Positions 9,343 to 18,815 of a stretch of DNA of 64,000 nt are shown here, piece after piece (within the stretch, counting starts at the first letter, position 1; each line of letters begins with the position of its first letter). The DNA is from Nitrospinales bacterium (lineage in GTDB: Bacteria; Nitrospinota; Nitrospinia; Nitrospinales; VA-1), in contig CBDCXL010000002.1 of NCBI GenBank assembly GCA_965223795.1, forward strand, positions 70,105-134,104, given 5' to 3'. Below the pieces are notes generated by a model. The model was not told where the DNA came from, did not search any database, and worked only from the letters and a program-made list of their open reading frames with translations. The translations under genes and the position numbers were made by a program.

Positions 9343-10146
9343 TTACTTCGCGGCCAGCTCAAAATCCTGCTTAGCTTCGCCGTCGGCCACGGTCACTTCC
9401 TTGGTCACTTCTCCCACATAGGGATGCCAGGCGGTGACTTTGTACTTGCCGGCGGGGATGCCGTCGATCTTGAACGTGCCGTCTTTGCCGCTCACAGCAT
9501 AGTACGGATTCCAAACCACGCGGGCGTCGGCTTCCATGAAGTTGTGCTGATCGCACTGCAGGAAGAAATGCTTGTCTTTCTTTTTCTTCATGCGCTTGAA
9601 GGATTTGGTGACGTCCGCCACGTCGCCTTTGGAGGGCAGCGGTTTGTTGAACAGGGTCTTCCGGCTCGCACCGACCACCGAGTAGCCGTGCGGGTTGTGC
9701 AGAATGTCCGGATCCTGATTGGTGATTTTCATCAATCCTTCTTTCATCCCTTTCGGCGTTTTCCGGGCAACGGAAACTTTCGGAAAAATATCGCAGTTTT
9801 TGAAATCAAAATTGATGGTCTCACCCGACCAGTCTTTGCCCTTTGCGATTTCCTCGATGAAGACAACCGTGTCGGTCAGCTTGCCACCGGGGGCCACGAC
9901 TTTATGCCGCGGGCGCATGTTGCCTTCCTTGGTGTCCGGATGCTGTGCGCAGAACTCAACATTTTTCCCTTTGCTCAGATCTTCCATGATCGGGGGAGGC
10001 GGATCGCCTTTCAACGTCACCACGCCCGTGATGGACCCCTTGCCCGGGGCGCCACCTTCATACTTTGCTTTTTTTGCGAAACTGGTTGACGCACCGAGGA
10101 CCAGTGCCAACGCGAACACGAGTACTCCCAACAATACTTTTTTCAT
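9343..10146 (-). CDS. secreted cupredoxin-like protein with C-terminal CarboxypepD_reg-like beta-sandwich (family often annotated 'methylamine utilization protein')
   Basis: Signal peptide. HNPH, then ~50 aa, then C-DQ-H-NF-M (amicyanin-like C-x2-H-x2-M spacing). Then NPYYAVSGKDGTFKIDGIPAGKYKVTAWHP. Confidence 0.6.
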   Translation of the reverse strand: MKKVLLGVLVFALALVLGASTSFAKKAKYEGGAPGKGSITGVVTLKGDPPPPIMEDLSKGKNVEFCAQHPDTKEGNMRPRHKVVAPGGKLTDTVVFIEEIAKGKDWSGETINFDFKNCDIFPKVSVARKTPKGMKEGLMKITNQDPDILHNPHGYSVVGASRKTLFNKPLPSKGDVADVTKSFKRMKKKKDKHFFLQCDQHNFMEADARVVWNPYYAVSGKDGTFKIDGIPAGKYKVTAWHPYVGEVTKEVTVADGEAKQDFELAAK

Positions 10147-10281
10147 GCCTTCGATCCCTCCTTAGGTTGAACGAAACATTAATAACACCCACCAGCGAGT
10201 GATTGGGGTCTATCCAATGACGCTTGATCGTACCGGGAGCCGATTATTATAGCACTGAATGGACAATCCTCAAGTGTCATC

Positions 10282-10321
10282 AAAAAAAGAAAAAGGGGGC
10301 CCTGTGAAGAGGCCCCCTTTT
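10282..10321 (-). terminator. hairpin terminator downstream of MCO copy B (T/A runs on both sides)
   Basis: AAAAGGGGGCC-ctgtgaaga-GGCCCCCTTTT, flanked by an A-run on the left and a T-run on the right. Confidence 0.7.
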
Positions 10322-10337
10322 GTTTTTACGCCATTTA

Positions 10338-13300
10338 CTACTTGTTCATGGACAGCCTGTCATCCCCCACCGGTTCGGTGGAAGCGGCCTTATTGGGCTT
10401 GGCCGCCCCCTGTCCGAGAGGCAGGATGGACTGCTCGCCCTGAGGCAGCACTTTGAAGTAACCCCACTGACCTGCCTGCTGATAGGGGGTCCTCGCATTC
10501 AGCCACAGGTAGGTGCCGGGATTCCTGTAAGTGCCGCCGGCGGTGAAAAAGGCCTGGATGTACTCGCCGCCGCCGAACTCTTCGACGTCGATCATGTCAG
10601 AACCTTCCTGCATGATGTGGCGGCGCCACTGATGGCCGTCCAGGTTGAACATCTGGTTCTGCTCGTTGTGCGCACCGAACACGTTGATCATCACACGGTC
10701 GCCGGCATGTGCCTTGAGCACCGGCGTCGCGGGATCGCTGTCCGCTGCCACGCAGGGCGTGAAGATATTGCCCAGCTCACAACCTTCATCCTCGCGATAC
10801 GTCCACGGCTCCAACCGGTAGTTGACGCCGGTCAGCCCCGCCACGTTCTGCAGGTACGGCATGAACGAGGTGCCGAGGATGTTGTCCTCATCCTGGAAGT
10901 ACAGAGCGAAATCGCGGTAGTTCTCGAGATGCTCGTTGCCAGGATAGGATTTGTCGACGATCACGTCCGCTTTCCAGGAGTTGCCGAGCGAGATGTCCTT
11001 GCCGGTCTCCGGATCGCGGTACACCGAGCCGCGCGGCCCGATGATGATCGCGCCGTACATGCCGTCGCGAACGTTGGTCGTCAGGTTGCCGAAATCCCAC
11101 AGCAACGCGCCGTTCAGACCGTAGTCCGGATGGGCGTAGTAGGTGTAGGTCTTCGACTTGCCGGGAGCAACGGTCTGATCGCCGGGATTGTTCCCCACGT
11201 TGATCCCCTGGGAATCCATGGGATCGAACGCCACGTTGTTCGCGTGCAGGGACGCGTTCCCTTCCTTCAGACGGTTGGTCAGCTTGATCTTGACGCAGTC
11301 GCCGATGTTGGCGCGAATGGTCAGAGGATGCGGCATGACGTCGTCGTCCGCGGCTTTGCTCACTTCACCCTCGAGCGCGAAGATCTTGGCGTTGGCGTTC
11401 GCGAGCAGCAGCTTGCGCTCGAAATCCACCTCGATCTCGTCTTCGGCGTTGGGGTTGAACTTCAGCGCCTTGTTGATGGCAACCACACTGAAATTCTTAA
11501 CCGGTGCGCCTTTCGGGCAAACTTCTTTGCGGACTTTCTTTTTGAACTCCGCTTCCTCGTTGCCGGGAAGCTCTTTCAGGTCCTTCTGCAGCTTGTCGTG
11601 GACCCGGATGATGCCCCAGCTGCCCTCGGAAAACTTCGAGGTGCGGCCGTTGTAATAGAGGTAATCACCCGCCATGCCCTGGTAGCCGCCGGCGGTGGTC
11701 GCCAGGTCGTACCGTTCCGCAATACCGATGTGGATGGTATTGGTGACACGGGAATCACGGTCGTAGCGCTCGGGGCGGTAACCGTGACCGGAAACGACAA
11801 AGGTATGGGTCTCGTTCTGCATTCCATGAAGCAGACGGAACACAACGCTGTCACCCACGTACGCTCTCAGCATCGGCGTGGAGGGTTCCCCATGCACCTT
11901 GCTGCTGAACAGCTTGGAAGCGTCCTTGTTGTTGTTCAGCCGCGCCTTCAGAGAAGAGGCCCGGAAGTTGAAGCCGCCGCCTGTGGTGTGCGTGCCGCCG
12001 TTCAGAAACGGGAAGGCCACTTCCAGCATGTCGTCCGGCATCTGAAAGGAGATGGACTGACCGGCTGCGATGGCGTTCTTTCGGGACAGGCCCGGAGGAT
12101 TGCCCTCGGACACCAGCTGCGCGGTGTGCGGCACGGTGTCGTGCAATTGTGCCACCAGTTCGCGGAAACTGCCGTTTCTGCCGTACGCAAACGGTTCGGT
12201 GCCGTGAATGTCGGCGACCGGACCGCTGCGGATCTCTTTACCCGTCTTGGGATCGTGATACGTGGATCCCCAGGGTTCGACGATCGTCGATCCGATGCCG
12301 CCGTGCGGCCAGGTGGTCGCGCCGAACGCGTGGTCGTGCCAGAACACCAGCCCGACGTCCGCGTCGACCCACCATCGGTACCGCACGTACTCGGTGGTCA
12401 CGATTTCACCTTTCTTGTGGGCGTGCTTCATGGCTTCGGAAAAGGTGATCTTGTACTTGCCATCCTTCGCGAACGCCTTGTTGGGATCGGGACTGATGGA
12501 TTTGATCCAGCGCGCGTCCTTGCCGTTGGGCACCTCGATGCCGACGATGATGTCCGCACCGACGTGGAACGGGGTCGCGCCTTTCGCCATCTCGATCTCA
12601 ACCACGGTGTCGCCCGGCTTGGTGTCTTTCAAAAGCTTGGCGTTCATCGGGACCGGCATGCCGACATGGTGGCCGTCCTTCATCTTCTTGGTGAACTGCC
12701 TGTAGGACCTCATGGACTGATCGTAGGAGAATCCGGAGATCACGCCGTCGGAGGCCTGGTTGTCGAACTGGAAGAAATGCGGATGGATATTGACTTTCGA
12801 CATCTGGAAGTTGGTGAAGTCGTCGTCGTTCCATTCGCTGGTCAGCAGCACGTCCACACAATCGTAGACGTTCGCCCGGATCACCAGCGGATACGCGATT
12901 TTCGGATCCGCTTTGACCGCCGCCATGTCCTCGTCGATCACGTAGATGAGACCGTACTTGTCGATGACGGGCGGGGTTTTACCGATGGCGTCGGAAAGCT
13001 GAATCGGCGTGTTGATGAAGTGCAGGTTGTACTGCTTGCGTCCCGCACCCCGCGGGCACAGGCTCCAGCGTCCGTGCTCACCCGGTTTGGCGGGTGCGCT
13101 GCTCTCCACGTTGGGCCCCGTAAGACCGCTGCCCGATTCGGACGCCAGGATCTCGTCGTCCGGCTTCAGGTGGAACGGCTCCAGCCAGGGAGCGCCGCCG
13201 TGATGGCGTGCGAACGGTACCCGCTTGCCGAAATGCGGCGTCATGTGCGGCCACGCCAGCTTCCCGGTGAGCGGAGAAAACTGAATCGGATGCCGCTTGC

Positions 13301-15281
13301 CGGGATGCGGAGATTTGTATTTCGGCCATTTGACGATGGTTTCCCTTTCCGAGAGAGCGGTGGTGCCTTTCCAGCCGTAATCCCAGACGGAACCGTCGTA
13401 GGCGAGGATCTGGCCTTTCAGGTCGTCGGTGTGGCCGGGCTTGCCCTGAGGCGGCAGCATGTACTTCACCCAGTCCTTGACGTTGACGACCGGCGCTTTC
13501 TGGGTCCAGTCGCTGTTGCCTTTGCCGACGATCTTGAACTTCTTGCCGAACCAGTCCATCGTCTTGCCGACCAGCTTGTCGGAACTCACGCCTTTGGGAA
13601 TGCGTCCCTTACGATCGGGAAGCTCCTGCAGCGGACGCATGACGTCGGTGCTGCCGAACGGGTAGTTGCCGTCCTGAATCGTGTTGTACACACGCCAGTA
13701 GCCCCACATGCCGGCGACGTAGTGATGCGCGACGTGGCAGTGGAACAGAAAGTCGCCCGCCAGACGCTGGCACAGGCCGGAACCGCACTCGGTCTCAAGG
13801 TCCAGCGCTTCGGAAGGACCGATGACTTCCACGTCGACGCGGTCGGTGGTCGTGCGCACGACCGGGTACTTGACCGGACCGTTCCATGCGGCCGTGGTCA
13901 GGTTTTCCAGACCGGGCTCGCGCTTGGGTGAACGGGTCCAGCGGATCGTGCCGCCATGCGGATGGTGCGAGTGGAACACTTCGCCGCCGCCGTGGATCAG
14001 GCGGAACTTCGCCGGATCGCCCAGGTAGGACCGGGGGATCGTGGTCGGCGCATCGCCGAAGGTGTAGGAACTGTAAGACAGGGATTCGTCTTCAAAATGG
14101 AATTTCTTTTCCTGTACTGCAAGGTTGTTGATGCCGAACGGCTCACTGCGGTAGTTCATCGCGCGGGCAGAAGGACGGTACGCGTCGGTCTGCGGATCGC
14201 GCTGCGGAATCATCTCGCCGTGACGGTTCAGCGGACGGAAAGACTCGTCACCCACTTCATGATAGAACAGGGCGAACTCGCGGAAGTCTTTCGCTTCGTC
14301 GTTGACGATCATCGCCATCCAGCCGGATTCCAGCGGACCGCCGGTCCACGGATCCAGATACCTGGAACCTTTGGGCTCGACGATGAACGCGCCGATCAGA
14401 CCCAGCGAGGAAGGATCGCGGCCGGCATGACTCTGGATCATGTGGCTGCCTTCCTGCTCGTCGATGGGAATGAACCACTCGAAATCCTGCGTTTCGCCGG
14501 ACGGGATGATCGCACCGGGAGACGCGGCCGTCGCCGGAGCGCCGGTGGAGCTGATGATCATGGCGGAACCGTTGACCTGAAAACCGATGTCTTCGTCCTC
14601 GACCTCGTTGCGGACCTTGAAGCGCACGCAGTCGCCCTGGTTGCCGCGGATGGTCAGAGGCTGAATCACATCGCCCTGAAGACCATTGGTGAGAGAACCG
14701 GGATCGAGTTCGTCTTCACGCGCTTCGGCGTTTCTTTCTTCATCTTTACGAACCTGATCGACGTTCTTGGTGAGCACGTACATGTAGCCGGGATAATAGT
14801 CGCCCCACTGATTCAACGTGATCTCGACGTTGATCGCCGTGATGTCGTAAGTCTTGACCGGCGCGGAGCTGGGGCAGTGCGCCCCTTTGTACACTTTATC
14901 CGCGGCTTCGGAAGGTCCCAGCAGATAGCTCTGGCCGAGCTGATGCGCCGCCCAGGAATCGTGGAAACCGCCGCCCGCGGATGCCGGAGCGGCGTGCTCC
15001 TTCAGTTTGCCCTGGAGCTTGTCCATCAACCGCATGAACGTGTTGTTCATCTGCTCCTGGCGGTTGTCCATGCCGCTCATCATTTCCTCGGTGTTGACCT
15101 GCTCTTCCAGCTTCTTGAGCCAGGCCGGCTGGTCTACCGCGGAGTTGATGCTTGCGGGTTTAGCGTGCATGGAATGATCCATCTTCATTTGCGCGCCTGC
15201 GGGAAGCCCCCATCCCAGCACCAGAAAGGCCGCCGCGAGCGCATACCCAATTATCCACCTCTTTTTGACATGAAACTGCAT
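10338..15281 (-). CDS. giant (1647 aa) secreted multicopper oxidase, copy B
   Basis: Start moved to ATG 15281 (MQFHVKKRW...), which has GGAGGA 6 nt upstream. Same motifs and module order as copy A, with a high-identity paralogue alignment along the whole length. Confidence 0.9.
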   Translation of the reverse strand: MQFHVKKRWIIGYALAAAFLVLGWGLPAGAQMKMDHSMHAKPASINSAVDQPAWLKKLEEQVNTEEMMSGMDNRQEQMNNTFMRLMDKLQGKLKEHAAPASAGGGFHDSWAAHQLGQSYLLGPSEAADKVYKGAHCPSSAPVKTYDITAINVEITLNQWGDYYPGYMYVLTKNVDQVRKDEERNAEAREDELDPGSLTNGLQGDVIQPLTIRGNQGDCVRFKVRNEVEDEDIGFQVNGSAMIISSTGAPATAASPGAIIPSGETQDFEWFIPIDEQEGSHMIQSHAGRDPSSLGLIGAFIVEPKGSRYLDPWTGGPLESGWMAMIVNDEAKDFREFALFYHEVGDESFRPLNRHGEMIPQRDPQTDAYRPSARAMNYRSEPFGINNLAVQEKKFHFEDESLSYSSYTFGDAPTTIPRSYLGDPAKFRLIHGGGEVFHSHHPHGGTIRWTRSPKREPGLENLTTAAWNGPVKYPVVRTTTDRVDVEVIGPSEALDLETECGSGLCQRLAGDFLFHCHVAHHYVAGMWGYWRVYNTIQDGNYPFGSTDVMRPLQELPDRKGRIPKGVSSDKLVGKTMDWFGKKFKIVGKGNSDWTQKAPVVNVKDWVKYMLPPQGKPGHTDDLKGQILAYDGSVWDYGWKGTTALSERETIVKWPKYKSPHPGKRHPIQFSPLTGKLAWPHMTPHFGKRVPFARHHGGAPWLEPFHLKPDDEILASESGSGLTGPNVESSAPAKPGEHGRWSLCPRGAGRKQYNLHFINTPIQLSDAIGKTPPVIDKYGLIYVIDEDMAAVKADPKIAYPLVIRANVYDCVDVLLTSEWNDDDFTNFQMSKVNIHPHFFQFDNQASDGVISGFSYDQSMRSYRQFTKKMKDGHHVGMPVPMNAKLLKDTKPGDTVVEIEMAKGATPFHVGADIIVGIEVPNGKDARWIKSISPDPNKAFAKDGKYKITFSEAMKHAHKKGEIVTTEYVRYRWWVDADVGLVFWHDHAFGATTWPHGGIGSTIVEPWGSTYHDPKTGKEIRSGPVADIHGTEPFAYGRNGSFRELVAQLHDTVPHTAQLVSEGNPPGLSRKNAIAAGQSISFQMPDDMLEVAFPFLNGGTHTTGGGFNFRASSLKARLNNNKDASKLFSSKVHGEPSTPMLRAYVGDSVVFRLLHGMQNETHTFVVSGHGYRPERYDRDSRVTNTIHIGIAERYDLATTAGGYQGMAGDYLYYNGRTSKFSEGSWGIIRVHDKLQKDLKELPGNEEAEFKKKVRKEVCPKGAPVKNFSVVAINKALKFNPNAEDEIEVDFERKLLLANANAKIFALEGEVSKAADDDVMPHPLTIRANIGDCVKIKLTNRLKEGNASLHANNVAFDPMDSQGINVGNNPGDQTVAPGKSKTYTYYAHPDYGLNGALLWDFGNLTTNVRDGMYGAIIIGPRGSVYRDPETGKDISLGNSWKADVIVDKSYPGNEHLENYRDFALYFQDEDNILGTSFMPYLQNVAGLTGVNYRLEPWTYREDEGCELGNIFTPCVAADSDPATPVLKAHAGDRVMINVFGAHNEQNQMFNLDGHQWRRHIMQEGSDMIDVEEFGGGEYIQAFFTAGGTYRNPGTYLWLNARTPYQQAGQWGYFKVLPQGEQSILPLGQGAAKPNKAASTEPVGDDRLSMNK
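10416..11522. repeat. near-identical block shared with 2496-3602
   Basis: See the partner repeat at 2496-3602. Confidence 0.85.
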
Positions 15282-15510
15282 TTCATATCCTCCCATTGAT
15301 AACACACATAAAATGCATGCGGTTCGCACGCCGTTCCCTTGGAAAATAGGGGCGGTTTGCGAACCTCTCTTTTTTTCCGCGCAGCCTCCCAACTGGCGGT
15401 ACGACTTTTTATTTAAAGGATTTGGCTTCGAAAGATCCTTGAATTTCGAGTTTTGGATTGAAAAAGCGGGATTTTAACCTCAAATAAAAGACCGAGAACT
15501 CTACCACACA

Positions 15511-16881
15511 TTAATTTTCCTGTACAAGTGCCAAATGGAACTTTTTTTCATCCCGCTTCAACAGCAAGAAAACCGGTCCTCCCCTGGGAATTTTGTGGAC
15601 GATATTCTCATAATGCTTGCGGCTGGTGACGACTTCCCCGTTCACGGACAGGATTCGGTCCCCCGATTGCAGCCCCTTGGCTTCGGCGGAACTGCCGGGG
15701 AGCACCCGGCTGATGCCGAGCCCCTCCAGGTTTTCATCGAGCTCGTCCGCCGCATCCATCACTTCGATGCCCAGAACATGGGTCGCTTCTCCGGCTTCCT
15801 TATTAAAGGAAGCGCGTGCGTGGATTTCCTTTTTCTGCTGTTCCAGCTTGACCGGGATCATCTGCGACTGTCCGTCGCGCAGGATGTCCAGGTGGACCGT
15901 CTGGCCGGGAGAAATCACGCCGATGATGCGGATCATGCGAGCCGGCGAGTTGACCGGCACGCCGCCGATGCGCAGGATGACGTCGCCCACCTTGAGCCCC
16001 GCCTTATGGGCGGGATCGCCTTCGAACACGGCGTTGACCATCACCCCCTCGCCTTCCTTGAGCAGTTCCCAGTCGTGGATCATTTCCGGAGTCACAGGCT
16101 CGATGCCCACGCCCAGCCAGCCGCGCCGCACTTCCCCGAACTCGCGCAATTGTGAGACGACGCGCTGCACCATGTTGGAGGGAATCGCGAAACCGATGCT
16201 CTGGGCGTAATTGATGATGGCGGTGTTGATGCCGATGACTTCTCCGTCCAGGGTTATCAGCGGGCCGCCGGAGTTTCCGGGATTGATCGAGGCATCGGTC
16301 TGGATGAAATCCTCGTAGCGGGACAGGTTGATGTTTTCCCGGTTGAGGCCGCTGATGATGCCGAAGGTCATGGTGTCGTTCAAACCGTAGGGATTGCCGA
16401 CGGCTACCACCATCTGGCCCACTCTGGCCTGGGTCGAATCGGCGAATTTCACCTCAGGCATGGGAATTTCAATTTCAACGCGAACCAGCGCCAGATCGGT
16501 GTCTTCGTCGGTGCCCAGCACGTCGCCGATTTTTTCCTTTCCTCCGAAGAAGGTGACCTGCACTTTATCGGAATTCCGGACGACATGGCTGTTGGTGACG
16601 ATCAGCCCTTTAACGCCGTCGATGATGACTCCCGCTCCGGCGTTGGAGGGCCGTCCGCGCAGTCCTCTGGAGGGCTGCACGACCTGGGAAGGCGGCACGT
16701 ACGGAGAGATGCTGACCACGGCGGGTCTCACCCTGTCCGCCAGGGTAATGAGAGCGGACTGCATTTCCCGGAGCAGGGTCAGGCCTTTGGATTCGGCGTG
16801 GGCCGTGCCTGCCAGCAACACAAAATAAAGAATGAAACCGAGGATCGGGGTGCGAAGTCTGAATCGGGCTGGAGCGTTCAT
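15511..16881 (-). CDS. degP: periplasmic serine endoprotease, DegP/HtrA family (two PDZ domains)
   Basis: Signal peptide. Trypsin-like core with TDASINPGNSGGPL. Two PDZ-like C-terminal segments. Confidence 0.9.
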   Translation of the reverse strand: MNAPARFRLRTPILGFILYFVLLAGTAHAESKGLTLLREMQSALITLADRVRPAVVSISPYVPPSQVVQPSRGLRGRPSNAGAGVIIDGVKGLIVTNSHVVRNSDKVQVTFFGGKEKIGDVLGTDEDTDLALVRVEIEIPMPEVKFADSTQARVGQMVVAVGNPYGLNDTMTFGIISGLNRENINLSRYEDFIQTDASINPGNSGGPLITLDGEVIGINTAIINYAQSIGFAIPSNMVQRVVSQLREFGEVRRGWLGVGIEPVTPEMIHDWELLKEGEGVMVNAVFEGDPAHKAGLKVGDVILRIGGVPVNSPARMIRIIGVISPGQTVHLDILRDGQSQMIPVKLEQQKKEIHARASFNKEAGEATHVLGIEVMDAADELDENLEGLGISRVLPGSSAEAKGLQSGDRILSVNGEVVTSRKHYENIVHKIPRGGPVFLLLKRDEKKFHLALVQEN

Positions 16882-17323
16882 GTTATCATGGACCGGCGTA
16901 TGGAGTTGACCTATCCGGGAAACAAGAGGGGATTGGGGCTGTTTTCCCGAATGTGGAACTTTCGGACAACGGTGAAACGGCTGCTTTATTTTTTTTCCTG
17001 CGACGGATGTCTGGGAAAACCCTGCTGAATTTTAATTTCAAGGAGTTTTGAGAGTCTATTTTTTACTCATTCTGAGCGTGTTGTCAAGATAAGAAAAGGC
17101 GGAAACGTCCTCCCCGGCGCGCAACCTTTCGACGGGCTGCTTCAGCCACCGCGAAATGGCTTTCAAACCCTTGAAACCTAATGGCCCCCCGCTGACCGGG
17201 AAAGGGCTGGACCGCAGCGTATCGGGTCCCGTCTTTGGAGAGCGGGCCGCGGTTTGCGAGCCGGTATCGCCGCGGGGATGAGGTTCCGCATTTTTAACCC
17301 ATTTAAAGGAAGAACTTGCAGCG

Positions 17324-18016
17324 ATGGAGCGGATGGAGCGGTTTGAAACGAAGACGGCGGAAGAAATTCTTTCCTGGACGGTGGAGCGTTTTGGTTTGAA
17401 GGCGGGGCTGGCTTCCAGCTTCGGCATGGAGGACATGGTCCTCATCGACATGCTGCACAAACTGGGCGGCGGATTGACCGTGTTCACACTGGACACCGGC
17501 CGGCTGCACGAAGAGACCTACCGGACGATGGAGACCGTGCGCAGCCGCTACGGCATCGCGGTCCGCACCTACTTTCCGCAGCAGGAGGCGGTGGAAAAGC
17601 TGGTGCGCGAGAAGGGGTTTTTCTCATTCAAGGAAAGCGTGGACAACCGCAAGGAATGCTGCTTCATCCGCAAGGTGGAACCGCTCAACCGGGCGCTCGG
17701 TGAGCTCGAAGCCTGGGTGACCGGCCTGAGGCGGGACCAGAACGTGACCCGCACGGACACGCCCAAAGTGGCGGACGATGCGGACCACCCTCCCCTGCTC
17801 AAGATCAACCCGATCGCGGACTGGACGCAGCAGCAGGTGGAGCGCTATATCGCCGAGCACAAGGTGCCCGTCAACCCGCTGCACGCGCAGAATTATCCCA
17901 GCATCGGCTGCGCCCCCTGCACCCGTCCCATCGAGCCGGGTGAGGATCTGCGCGCGGGGCGCTGGTGGTGGGAAAACCCCGAACACAAGGAATGCGGCCT
18001 GCACCGGCCACGGTGA
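17324..18016 (+). CDS. cysH: phosphoadenosine/adenosine phosphosulfate reductase (Fe-S type, CC...CxxC)
   Basis: CCFIRKVEPL, SIGCAPCTRP and the C-terminal ECGLH motif. Confidence 0.9.
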   Translation: MERMERFETKTAEEILSWTVERFGLKAGLASSFGMEDMVLIDMLHKLGGGLTVFTLDTGRLHEETYRTMETVRSRYGIAVRTYFPQQEAVEKLVREKGFFSFKESVDNRKECCFIRKVEPLNRALGELEAWVTGLRRDQNVTRTDTPKVADDADHPPLLKINPIADWTQQQVERYIAEHKVPVNPLHAQNYPSIGCAPCTRPIEPGEDLRAGRWWWENPEHKECGLHRPR

Positions 18017-18039
18017 GCCGGTCTCGCGGTTTTACAAAC

Positions 18040-18753
18040 TCAGGCGCGGTTTTCTTCAGGGACCGGTTCGGTGCGTGCGCCGGACGCGATGCGTTCCCCG
18101 TCTGCGAGGACCGACGCCAGGAAGGGCGCGAGCCAGGAAGCCACCTGTCCCGCCTTTTGCAGCAGGTTACCCTGCAAACTGTCTTTTCCCGCACTCAGCT
18201 TTTCAGTCAGCCAGCGGTCGGCTTCGATGCAGCAAAGCGGCAGCAGTTGAAACGCCAGGCCCGCGACCGCGGCCATCTCACCGAATGCGGTGCGCCATCC
18301 ACCGCCTGCGGGCGGGGTCTCGACGGGCATCCAGGTTTGCGGATGCGTCGTGTGGATGAACAGCCAGGAGAGCAGGAACATGAAGAGCAGCCGGCTGGTG
18401 TTCATCGCTCCGGCTTCCAGGCCTTCCAAGGTCAGGGTCAACGGCAGCCACTCCAGCGCCGGCACCGGTGTTCCGGACGCGAACAGGACGGGAAACATCC
18501 CGGCGATCAGCACGAACCAGACTACCGGCCGCATCGCCTTGAGCAGACTGAAAAACGGGATGCGCGCCAGAATCACACCGGCCCCTGCCGCCAGGGCGAG
18601 CACGGCGATGCCGGTCCAGCCTCCCCAAACCGCACCCGCAGCCAGAAGCAAGGCCAGACCGATTTTCAAGCGTACGGGCATCCGGTGCAGCCCGCTGCTT
18701 CCCGCTGTGTAGCCGTGGCTGAAAATCAGGCGCGATACATTTTTATCCTGCAC
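18040..18753 (-). CDS. CbiQ/EcfT-family transmembrane protein (no ECF ATPase or S component adjacent)
   Basis: SGLHRMPVRLKI at the N-terminus, multiple TM helices, and LTLEGLEAGAMNTSRLLFMFLLSWLFIHTTHP resembling the CbiQ signature. Confidence 0.55.
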   Translation of the reverse strand: MQDKNVSRLIFSHGYTAGSSGLHRMPVRLKIGLALLLAAGAVWGGWTGIAVLALAAGAGVILARIPFFSLLKAMRPVVWFVLIAGMFPVLFASGTPVPALEWLPLTLTLEGLEAGAMNTSRLLFMFLLSWLFIHTTHPQTWMPVETPPAGGGWRTAFGEMAAVAGLAFQLLPLCCIEADRWLTEKLSAGKDSLQGNLLQKAGQVASWLAPFLASVLADGERIASGARTEPVPEENRA

Positions 18754-18815
18754 GGCGGTTCTCCCATATCTCTAAGGGGACGGATTCGCGTCCGGCTTGA
18801 TCGCCCGGTCAATTT

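Noticed and set aside
17029-17323. ~300-nt leader upstream of cysH, inspected for a SAM or other sulfur-related riboswitch.
   Set aside because: I could not recognise any conserved riboswitch core by eye. An Rfam scan would be needed before making a claim.
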